Source: Nostoc punctiforme PCC 73102
GTDB taxonomy: Bacteria > Cyanobacteriota > Cyanobacteriia > Cyanobacteriales > Nostocaceae
Length of the DNA stretch: 32,000 bases
NCBI RefSeq assembly: GCF_000020025.1
Contig: NC_010628.1
Span: forward strand, 2,460,001 to 2,492,000
Reading direction: 5' to 3'
The notes beneath the pieces are model-generated. The model was not told the origin of the DNA. It did no database searches and saw nothing but the letters and a program-made list of their open reading frames with translations. Position numbers and translations under genes: made by a program. This document shows positions 19,224 through 27,195 of the stretch, one piece after another (the stretch's first letter is position 1; the number at the start of each line of letters is the position of its first letter).

Positions 19224-19279
19224 GGTTAAAGGGGAAAAACCTTATATATCGAGCCTTCCACTCTTTTTCCCCTTTAACC
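19224..19279. promoter_or_regulatory. Perfect 16-bp inverted repeat in the divergent kinase / Crp intergenic region
   Basis: GGTTAAAGGGGAAAAA (19224-19239) and TTTTTCCCCTTTAACC (19264-19279), separated by 24 nt. The function (operator, repeat element or RNA hairpin) cannot be told from sequence. Confidence 0.4.
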
Positions 19280-19391
19280 AAAACATATTCGATGATATCC
19301 AACGCCGGATAGTGTAACGGAAGTTGCTGCATTATTTATTGTGAAAGTTAGGAGGATCAACAATAGGTAAGAAACAAAATTAAACATAAAT

Positions 19392-20099
19392 ATGACTACT
19401 GAAAACCTTCTGCTTGCCGCCTTGCCCCCTGATTTGTATAAGCAGCTCAAAAAAAATATGGAGCAGGTCGAGCTTTCATACGGCGAGATCCTCAACCGAC
19501 CCGGCGAAACCATAGAAAAAGTCTACTTCCCTCTCACCTGCTTGATCTCAGTCACCATCACAATGATGGATGGCATGACAGTTGAAGCCGGAGTGGTCGG
19601 AAGCCGTGAGATGGTAGGGATCAACGCCTTCATGGGCGGTCGGGAAACGACGCAGACTGAGTATATTGTCCAGGTACCGGGCAAAGCGGTAAGAATGAAA
19701 GCAGATTTGCTGCTCCATGAGTTCGACACCAATAAGTCGCTGCGCGACGTGATGCTGAAATACACGCAGGCTTATATGGCGCAAATCTCGCAGAACGTTG
19801 CCTGCAACCGCCTTCATACTATAGAACAACGCATGGCCCGCTGGCTGCTCGAATCCAGCGATCGTCTCAACTCAGATCAACTATTCCTGTCCCATGAGTT
19901 CCTCTCTCACATGCTGGGCGTGCGCCGCGCTAGTATCAGCGAGACCGCCAGTCACCTACAAGACAAAGGTCTCATCCAATACAGCCGAAATCAAATCAAA
20001 ACCATTGATCCGCAAGGACTAGAAGAGACTTCCTGCGAGTGTTATGGGGTAATCAAACAGGAATACAATCGCCTGCTAAACTTTAAGCTAGAGAAATAA
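19392..20099 (+). CDS. Crp/Fnr-family transcriptional regulator
   Basis: N-terminal cNMP-binding-like beta-barrel (...GEILNRPGETIEKVYFPLTCLIS...). C-terminal HTH SHEFLSHMLGVRRASISETASHLQDKGLI. Confidence 0.9.
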   Translation: MTTENLLLAALPPDLYKQLKKNMEQVELSYGEILNRPGETIEKVYFPLTCLISVTITMMDGMTVEAGVVGSREMVGINAFMGGRETTQTEYIVQVPGKAVRMKADLLLHEFDTNKSLRDVMLKYTQAYMAQISQNVACNRLHTIEQRMARWLLESSDRLNSDQLFLSHEFLSHMLGVRRASISETASHLQDKGLIQYSRNQIKTIDPQGLEETSCECYGVIKQEYNRLLNFKLEK

Positions 20100-20114
20100 T
20101 GGATAAAGTCCTTC

Positions 20115-20762
20115 TCACCTTTCTAGCGCTAATAAAGGCTGTTGCGATACCTGATGGATGTCGCGCACCATCCAGCGCAAGCCTGTTAACTGGCCTCTAA
20201 CGTCGCGGATAGGAGCTACAGTCATAGCAGCCTCAAAAGGCTCACATTTACGGGGCTGTATGTGTAATATCGACTCTTGTACATAGTCACATTCACACTC
20301 GTGCATCTGGCTTAGTAGACAACGAAACGCCTGACGTTCTTCTACTGCGATGAAACAGACTAACGGTTTGTTTACCAAAAATTGCTGTTGAAGATTGAAC
20401 AGTGTGGCAGTGGCACGATTAGCTGACTGAATTTTTCCTTGTGTGTTACTCACTAAGTAAGCATCTGGTATGAACTCGAATAGGTCTTGGTAGCGCTTGT
20501 ATTCCTCTCTAAGCCGCGCTTGTACATTTACCAATTTTTGAGTTTGCTCGAACAGTTTCTCTGTAGCTATTTCTAGGGTTTTTGAAGCAGCCTCAAGTTC
20601 CTTCAAGGCCGCTAACAGCAAATCCGCTTCTGGCTGTACTGCGGTGTTCGTATCTTGGTATAAGTTAGCTAAACGCCCTTGCACTGACTGTAATTGCTGG
20701 GCAAACATATCTAGGTTCACGATCAATTCAGGTGACATCCAAGTTGAAATTCTTGAATACAA
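20115..20762 (-). CDS. Coiled-coil plus single PAS-domain protein with no output domain
   Basis: The N-terminal ~90 aa are heptad-like and helical. These are followed by a PAS fold: FEFIPDAYLVSNTQGKIQSANRATATLFN...GLRWMVRDI. Convergent with the Crp gene, 15 nt apart. Confidence 0.7.
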   Translation of the reverse strand: MYSRISTWMSPELIVNLDMFAQQLQSVQGRLANLYQDTNTAVQPEADLLLAALKELEAASKTLEIATEKLFEQTQKLVNVQARLREEYKRYQDLFEFIPDAYLVSNTQGKIQSANRATATLFNLQQQFLVNKPLVCFIAVEERQAFRCLLSQMHECECDYVQESILHIQPRKCEPFEAAMTVAPIRDVRGQLTGLRWMVRDIHQVSQQPLLALER

Positions 20763-20881
20763 GGAGAGTTACTCTATTTATAATCGGTTATTTGACGTTG
20801 AGAGTCCGTCCGATACCGTACCTATTGAGCGTATAAGCATAATGCTTTTACCAAAGCTCAACAAAACCGCGATCGCAACAA

Positions 20882-21246
20882 TCAAATCAGTCTGGCTGAA
20901 TTACTATAAATACCGCAGCGAAAAGTGTAGCGCGTCGTTTTGTAAAAAAAAATGAAATTAGTCCGGTCAATCACTATATAAACTACTTCTTTCAACGGAA
21001 AATATATTTGCAACCAGCTTTTAATAATTGGAAACCATATCTCTTCAACATTTATATAATTTTTTAAAGATAAAAATCGTTGAATTTTCTTTCTTCTACT
21101 TTCAAAAAATATTGGTATATGTAAACCAGTAGCCAACGCTTCAAGGCTAACAGTTTTAATAGACTATAGTAAATCAATACCTTCGCCAATTTACGAGGCT
21201 GAGTTGATGTATTAACGTCCTGTTCTCTAGGGTTTGGCAAAAACAA
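20882..21246 (-). pseudogene. IS4-family transposase, N-terminal fragment, frameshifted and truncated
   Basis: Two overlapping frames read ...LLKLLALKRW / ATGLHIPIFFESRRKKIQRFLSL..EEIWFPIIKSWLQIYF...VYIVIDRT. This resembles N-termini of cyanobacterial IS4-type transposases as I recall them, up to the first catalytic-D motif (IDRT). The rest of the gene is missing. Confidence 0.55.
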
Positions 21247-21871
21247 TAAGTCCTAAAAATTCCTTCAAGGTTTCCCTCAAGCATTTTTTAACGTATCGAC
21301 CGCAGTATCAAGGGTTTGAGCTTCCAAGCTCCCCTGTAAGCTAAACCCTTATTTATGAGTTATTTTGCCATTTTTGCCAAAATTTTTGTAGGCTCTTATT
21401 TTGGCAAAGGTATTGGTAAATTAATCAGAATTTTTATGAATAAATATTCGGCACGTCCTAGTTCCCGCTTCAGGTGTATTTCGTAGAATTCCGGTAATAT
21501 TGTCATTAATTAGAACTTATTGCAAATAAAGGCTCTTTTTGTTTTACCATAATTTGCCACATTCTTTAGCCTGTAAATATTCCGGGGTATTGTGTCTCCC
21601 CTCAAGGTGATTTGTATCTACCGAAAAGTATAGATCCGTTAGTAATGTTATCAAACTGTTGGAATACCGTAATAATAGAAGCTGGGGGTTAAATAAGTGA
21701 TTTAAGTCCGTCCTATAACCGTCTTGCTTCCTGTGCTATGTCCTGATTGCTGCTCATCAGATATTATTAAACACGGTAAATCTCCAGAGGGTAAGCAACG
21801 CTATCTGTAGCAGAATCGGGAGTGCCTGCGCCAGATATTTCTTCTCAATACAAGACAGCCTGGACGGACTA

Positions 21872-23130
21872 GTAGTCTGCCAAGCTAACTTTGCTATGTT
21901 AAATTTGGATATAAACGCTCCATTTTTCGGCGAGCATCTTTGGTTTGAAAACCCCAATAAACACTAGCTTTTTGCTGATTACGTTTTTTCTCCCAAGCGG
22001 CAATCTCAGAAGTTAATGTTTCTGCATTAGGAATACGCCGTTCTAAACATTGGCGAGATAAAACAGATAATTCGATTTCTACCTGATTCAGCCCTTCGGG
22101 TTCGCCAGTTGCTTCAAGTCGGGGAACCCGCCCAACGCACTGGCTCACCAAGAAGCGTGTTTAGGAGTATAGTGAAACTCTAACTTTTGAATAATTCGAC
22201 GTGCTTCTTCTGGTGGAAAAACTTCATATAATGCATTGGGTGTATGAATATTCAAGTTATCAACTACTAAACGAATAACATCGGCATCTCGGTAGAAAAC
22301 ATCTACTAAATTTTTCATTTGTTTAGCAAAATCGGCTTTAGTTCGACGTTCTGTAACTTCGATATGCCGCCATCCAGCCAAGGGTTGAAAACATGCGAAT
22401 AAATTTACTGTCCCGTTACGTTTATACTCAAAATCATAACGTTCAGGTTGCTCTGGCTGTGGTGGCAAAGGAAGTCTTACTTCTTCTACTAATTGGTATG
22501 GACGTTCATCAAAGCAGACTACAGGGCGTTTAGGATCATAAGGCTCATTGTATAAATCCAGCACATCTTCCATTCGGAAAACATATTCTGCGTTAACTTC
22601 AGGAATACACCATTGTTCTTTCAACCAAGGCTTAATTTCATTTTTTTTAAAGTTTGACGTACTGTTTCATCTGAGATTGAATCTATGATACCAACGTTCA
22701 CTAAATGATCTGCTAATAATTGCATTGTCCAACGCACTCTTCCTTCTGGCGGATTAGAACAAGCTGTTGCAATCAAAAATGCTTCTTGCTTTTCATCTAA
22801 TTTTTTATGTTTTGGTGGATGAACTTCATCCTTTAAAGCAAAATCTAACCCTCCAATGACAAATTTTTCTCGTATTCGTTGCACTGTTGCAACATGCGCT
22901 CTAACTATGCTAGCGATCGCTTGATCCGTTTCTCCTTCGGAAGCCATCAAAAGAATGTTTGCACGGCTTATGGTTCTTGCCTTATGCTTACCTTTCTTAA
23001 TTATCGATTGCAGTTGGGAAACTTCATCTTCATTCAAGTCAACAATGTACTTTTTTGCCATGTTACACCCCGTTTTTGGCTATTTTACCAATTAGAGGTT
23101 TTACTTAGCAAAGTTACCTTGGTACACTAC
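21872..23130 (-). mobile_element. IS630-family insertion sequence, copy A (1259 bp), flanked by a TA duplication
   Basis: Imperfect ~28-bp TIRs: GTAGTCTGCCAAGCTAACTTTGCTA and GTAGTGTACCAAGGTAACTTTGCTA. TA at 21870-71 and at 23131-32. Differs from copy B at only two positions that I found. Confidence 0.9.
21894..23061 (-). CDS. IS630-family transposase (copy A) in three frame segments: 23061-22642, 22648-22148 (-1 frame), 22091-21894
   Basis: HTH N-terminus. Then ...KEQWCIPE...[11 protein letters not shown]...VVDNLNIHT...HYTPKHASW / LNQVEIELS, which are DDE (D,D,E) Tc1/IS630-type motifs. Same interruptions as copy B. Confidence 0.85.
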
Positions 23131-23758
23131 TAGACAAGTTAAGCATCAAATTATAGAGATGACACTCAATGGCAGTGGAGTTCGCAATATTACGCGAGTG
23201 TTGCATATTAGCCCGGCAACAGTAATCAGAGAATTTAAAAAAAATTCCCCAAATTGGATCAATGAATCAAAAATTGTTGCCAACCATTCAATCCGAACAA
23301 GTGGAGGTAGAAATCAAGCTGGTGGAAGTGTAAGAAGAAGCTTTGGAAGGGATTGAAGAGTCCGAACTAGATGAAATGTGGAGTTACGTAGGTGCTATCG
23401 ACCGCCTGACAGGAAAAGTTTTAGCTTACGCATTTGGACAGCGCGCAAGACGAAGTATTTCTGAAGCTAAAAAATTTATTAGAGCCATTTGGTGTTAAGA
23501 AATACTGTACAGATGGTTGGGGAGCTGATGAACGGCATTTACCTGCAGAAAAACATGAGATTGGCAAGAGAAAGACTCAAAGAATTGAACATAAACATCT
23601 AAATTTAAGAACTCGGCTTAAGCGACTGGCTAGAAAGACAATTTGCTTTTCTAAGACTGAGGAAATGCATGGCTTGGTTATTGGGCTCTTTATCAATCGC
23701 TACGAGTTTGGCTTAAACGTCTAACAACACTTTAATAACGCCACCCAAGAAAGGAAGA

Positions 23759-24892
23759 TTGATATGCAGAACGCTGCGGGCGCTGGGTATGGATGAGGCA
23801 TCGCTGGATACGTTTCCTGAGGAGTTCAAGCAGGGCATGGTGGCCCGTGCGGAGCTCCTCGGTGACATCGGCGCGAATCATCCTGACAATTGGGTGGGAG
23901 GTCTGGCTAGCCCAGATCTCCATGCAATTGTGATTCTCTTTGCCCGCGATAATGCGGAGCGCGATCGCTGCAAGGTGGAGCACCAGCAACTCGTCGCGCA
24001 GTGCGAGGGAGTGGAAGTGCTCTCGGCATTGGATCTGGAGGCAACGCCGCCTTTCAACTATGCACACGACCACTTCGGCTACCGCGATCGGCTCTCGCAG
24101 CCAGTCATCGAAGGATCGGGCGAAGAGCCAACGCCCGGTTCCGGTGCGCCGCTGAAGGCGGGCGAGTTCATCCTGGGCTACCCAGACGAATATGGTCCCC
24201 CAGCCAATCTGCCGCAACCTGAGATCCTCTCCCGGAACGGTAGCTACATGGCCTACCGATGCCTACAGGAGCATATCATCGAGTTTCGTGACTTCCTGCG
24301 CCAGCACGGTCAGACACCGGAAGAGCAGGAACTTGTGGCGGCGAAATTGATGGGTCGTTGGCGCAGCGGCGCACCGCTGGTGCTGTCCCCAGACAAGGAC
24401 GATCCAGCGCTCGCCGTGGATATGCAGCACAACAACGACTTTAACTATGCGACTATGGACCCGCATGGCTATGCCGTACCCCTCGGCTCCCATATCCGTC
24501 GCCTGAATCCTCGTGATACAGGGGCGAACATGAACCGGCGGCGGATGATCCGTCGTGGGGCGACCTACGGGCCACCACTCCCGGAAGATGCGCCGGAAGA
24601 TGGGATACAGCGTGGCATTGCTGCCTTCGCGATCTGCGCGAGCCTGATTCGTCAGTTCGAGTTCGCGCAGAACGTGTGGGTGAATGACAAGAACTTCCAC
24701 GAACTCGGCAACGAGCGCGATCCGATTATCGGCACGCAGGACGGCACTCTTGACTTCAAGATCCCGAAGCGGCCAATCCGGAAAACCATCAAGGGCATTC
24801 CGGCATTCACCACGGTTCGGGGCGGGGCTTACTTCTTTCTGCCCGGACTGAAGGCGCTTCGGTACTTGGCATCACTGAGCAGTGGTAAGTAA
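23759..24892 (+). pseudogene. DyP-type (dye-decolorizing) heme peroxidase, 5-prime truncated
   Basis: DHFGYRDRLSQP is the GxxDG-motif region. PLGSHIRRLNPRD holds the proximal His, and MIRRGATYG the distal Arg region. Homology begins abruptly at ...RTLRALGMDEASLDTFPEEFKQGM, a segment that in the full-length DyPs I recall follows some 60 or more N-terminal residues. Only a TTG start is available, an in-frame stop lies at 23714-16, and the IS1 end lies just upstream. Confidence 0.8.
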
Positions 24893-24930
24893 CTTTAAAA
24901 TCCGATCAAACAAAAGGAATGGTGGTGACA

Positions 24931-25947
24931 ATGAGCAAACTCAATCGAGTTGGGCGAACGTACAACCAGAACCATGTGCCGCGACCGTACACGCCGAACA
25001 AACGTCGGTTCAGCATTTACTGGACGTGGAGTTATCCTTGGGAAGCCAACCGAGATCTGACCGAATTGGATAACCGATTTTCGACGATGACCGAAGTCCG
25101 TCGGGTCGGCTGGCCGAACTTTGAGGGATCTGAGTGGGATAAGATGAATTTCTTGCAGGGCATCGCTGGTACTCTGGAGCTATTCCACCGATCAACCATC
25201 GATTTTCAGCAAATCGTGGGCGAGATTACTGGGCAGCCGGTCGCCGTTTACCAACGCATTGACCAAGCAGGGTACAAACTCCTGATTGATGAAAGAATTC
25301 TGGCAGACACGGATACATTGATGGTGTTCGGTCTGGATCATCTCCTATCCGAGCAAGAGGCCGAAAAGGGAGAAATCGACGCGATCCGGGAGTGGCTTAA
25401 CCGGGAAGGTACATGCCTGCTCCTTGCACCGCACCATGACGTGGGTTTCACCAGTGACATGCAGCAGCGCCAGATGGAGTATAAGCATCACGGCGACGAA
25501 CTCGTGCCGCGCCAGCAGCGCTTCGGTCAGTACACGCGATCGCTGATAAAAGAACTTGAAGTGCCCGTACTTAATCAGTTTGGACTCCGACCTGCCGTCG
25601 TACAAGGAAGCAACCAGATCGCACCGCTGACCGTCCACAAGGATCTCGACAAACTGGGTTTGCTGAATGGAGTGACCACGTTCAACTTCCATCTGCATCT
25701 GCCCCACTATGCGCTGACGACAGAGGACACGAAATCCATTCATGTTCTGGCGACGCAGCCGATCGATCTTTCCCGACCGCATCCGTTCACGGCGCAGGGA
25801 AATCGGGAATTCAATACGTGCATCTGGGCACCGCCGAACGGTAACCGTGGCGGCGATATTTTGCTCGCCGACTCGACCATTTTCACCACACTATTCGGTG
25901 GCACGGAGAGTCTAGGACATTTTTGGCGGAACATGGCGAAACTGTGA
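24931..25947 (+). CDS. Hypothetical protein (338 aa) with no family recognised; co-oriented with the DyP gene in the GC-rich cassette
   Basis: Long ORF with GC-rich third positions, like the DyP gene. GGTGGTG lies 4 nt upstream of the ATG at 24931; the track start at 24919 has no spacing from AAGGA. His-rich motifs LAPHHDVG, KHHGDE and HLHLPH. No signal peptide or TM segment. Confidence 0.7.
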   Translation: MSKLNRVGRTYNQNHVPRPYTPNKRRFSIYWTWSYPWEANRDLTELDNRFSTMTEVRRVGWPNFEGSEWDKMNFLQGIAGTLELFHRSTIDFQQIVGEITGQPVAVYQRIDQAGYKLLIDERILADTDTLMVFGLDHLLSEQEAEKGEIDAIREWLNREGTCLLLAPHHDVGFTSDMQQRQMEYKHHGDELVPRQQRFGQYTRSLIKELEVPVLNQFGLRPAVVQGSNQIAPLTVHKDLDKLGLLNGVTTFNFHLHLPHYALTTEDTKSIHVLATQPIDLSRPHPFTAQGNREFNTCIWAPPNGNRGGDILLADSTIFTTLFGGTESLGHFWRNMAKL

Positions 25948-26027
25948 GTCAATGTCTAGTAGTCTACCAAGGTAACTTTGCTAAGTAAAACCTCTAATTG
26001 GTAAAATAGCCAAAAACGGGGTGTAAC

Positions 26028-27195
26028 ATGGCAAAAAAGTACATTGTTGACTTGAATGAAGATGAAGTTTCCCAACTGCAATCGATAATTAAGAAAGGTA
26101 AGCATAAGGCAAGAACCATAAGCCGTGCAAACATTCTTTTGATGGCTTCCGAAGGAGAAACGGATCAAGCGATCGCTAGCATAGTTAGAGCGCATGTTGC
26201 AACAGTGCAACGAATACGAGAAAAATTTGTCATTGGAGGGTTAGATTTTGCTTTAAAGGATGAAGTTCATCCACCAAAACATAAAAAATTAGATGAAAAG
26301 CAAGAAGCATTTTTGATTGCAACAGCTTGTTCTAATCCGCCAGAAGGAAGAGTGCGTTGGACAATGCAATTATTAGCAGATCATTTAGTGAACGTTGGTA
26401 TCATAGATTCAATCTCAGATGAAACAGTACGTCAAACTTTAAAAAAAATGAAATTAAGCCTTGGTTGAAAGAACAATGGTGTATTCCTGAAGTTAACGCA
26501 GAATATGTTTTCCGAATGGAAGATGTGCTGGATTTATACAATGAGCCTTATGATCCTAAACGCCCTGTAGTCTGCTTTGATGAACGTCCATACCAATTAG
26601 TAGAAGAAGTAAGACTTCCTTTGCCACCACAGCCAGAGCAACCTGAACGTTATGATTTTGAGTATAAACGTAACGGGACAGTAAATTTATTCGCATGTTT
26701 TCAACCCTTGGCTGGATGGCGGCATATCGAAGTTACAGAACGTCGAACTAAAGCCGATTTTGCTAAACAAATGAAAAATTTAGTAGATGTTTCCTACCGA
26801 GATGCCGATGTTATTCGTTTAGTAGTTGATAACTTGAATATTCATACACCCAATGCATTATATGAAGTTTTTCCACCAGAAGAAGCACGTCGAATTATTC
26901 AAAAGTTAGAGTTTCACTATACTCCTAAACACGCTTCTTGGTGAGCCAGTGCGTTGGGCGGGTTCCCCGACTTGAAGCAACTGGCGAACCCGAAGGGCTG
27001 AATCAGGTAGAAATCGAATTATCTGTTTTATCTCGCCAATGTTTAGAACGGCGTATTCCTAATGCAGAAACATTAACTTCTGAGATTGCCGCTTGGGAGA
27101 AAAAACGTAATCAGCAAAAAGCTAGTGTTTATTGGGGTTTTCAAACCAAAGATGCTCGCCGAAAAATGGAGCGTTTATATCCAAATTTAACATAG
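26028..27195 (+). CDS. IS630-family transposase (copy B) in three frame segments: 26028-26447, 26441-26941 (-1 frame), 26998-27195
   Basis: As for copy A. Joining the segments gives ...VRQTLKK(K)[15 protein letters not shown]... and ...HYTPKHASW|[16 protein letters not shown]..., the contiguous arrangement expected of IS630-type transposases. Confidence 0.85.
26441..26448 (+). other. A8 slippery run (A AAA AAA in the zero frame) at the transposase orfA/orfB overlap; mirror site in copy A at 22641-22648
   Basis: The zero frame reads tta aaa aaa atg ... tga (26466-68). The -1 frame is open from 26423 and reads aaa aaa aat gaa att aag cct tgg ttg. Either a -1 ribosomal slip or one extra A in the mRNA fuses the two frames. 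Confidence 0.7.
26942..26997 (+). other. 56-nt insert interrupting the IS630 transposase between ...HASW and LNQVEIE...; mirror copy at 22092-22147
   Basis: Sequence tgagccagtgcgttgggcgggttccccgacttgaagcaactggcgaacccgaaggg. It begins with an in-frame TGA. Its length is not a multiple of three, and exact removal restores one ORF. It contains the complementary pairs GCCAGT (26945-50) / ACTGGC (26980-85) and CGGGTTC (26959-65) / GAACCCG (26986-92). Confidence 0.7.

Larger units (their letters stand above)
21684..23745 (+). mobile_element. IS1-family element, decayed and split by IS630 copy A (about 800 bp without the insert)
   Basis: InsA-like zinc finger (V)LCPDCCSSDIIKHGKSPEGKQRYL*QNRECLRQ from 21733, with an in-frame TAG where a Cys is expected. 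After the IS630 insert it continues RQVKHQIIEMTLNGSGVRNITRVLHISPATVIREFKK, then an A8 run at 23237-23244. InsB-like ELDEMWSYVG / AIDRLTGKVLAYAFG / DEVFLKLKNLLEPFGVKKYCTDGWGADERHL...TQRIEHKHLNLRTRLKRLARKTICFSKTEEMHGLVIGLFINRYEFG follows, carrying frameshifts and a deletion. The ends GGGGGTTAAATAAGTG... and ...rc GGTGGCGTTATTAAAGTG are approximate. Confidence 0.8.

Noticed and set aside
19274-19513. 79-aa minus-strand ORF overlapping the Crp start
   Set aside because: It begins inside the 16-bp inverted repeat and overlaps the Crp N-terminus in antisense. Its sequence is low-complexity and hydrophobic.
22879-23133. 84-aa ORF antisense to the IS630 orfA (and its twin at 25956-26210)
   Set aside because: It is antisense to the HTH-coding part of the transposase and runs into the TIR. 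It is conserved only because the IS copies are identical.
23237-23244. The A8 run in the IS1-like element as a functional insA/insB frameshift site
   Set aside because: The position is analogous to the IS1 A6C window. Here, though, the InsB-like frame is +1 (not -1) relative to the InsA-like frame, the -1 frame stops after nine codons, and the element carries several other lesions.
23732-25782. Antisense and alternative-frame ORFs inside the GC-rich cassette (23732-24217, 23940-24155, 24001-24222, 24263-24700, 25345-25782, 25010-25195)
   Set aside because: These are typical long shadow ORFs of GC-rich DNA: Arg/Ala/Pro-rich and without motifs. The sense frames carry clear DyP motifs and consistent codon bias.
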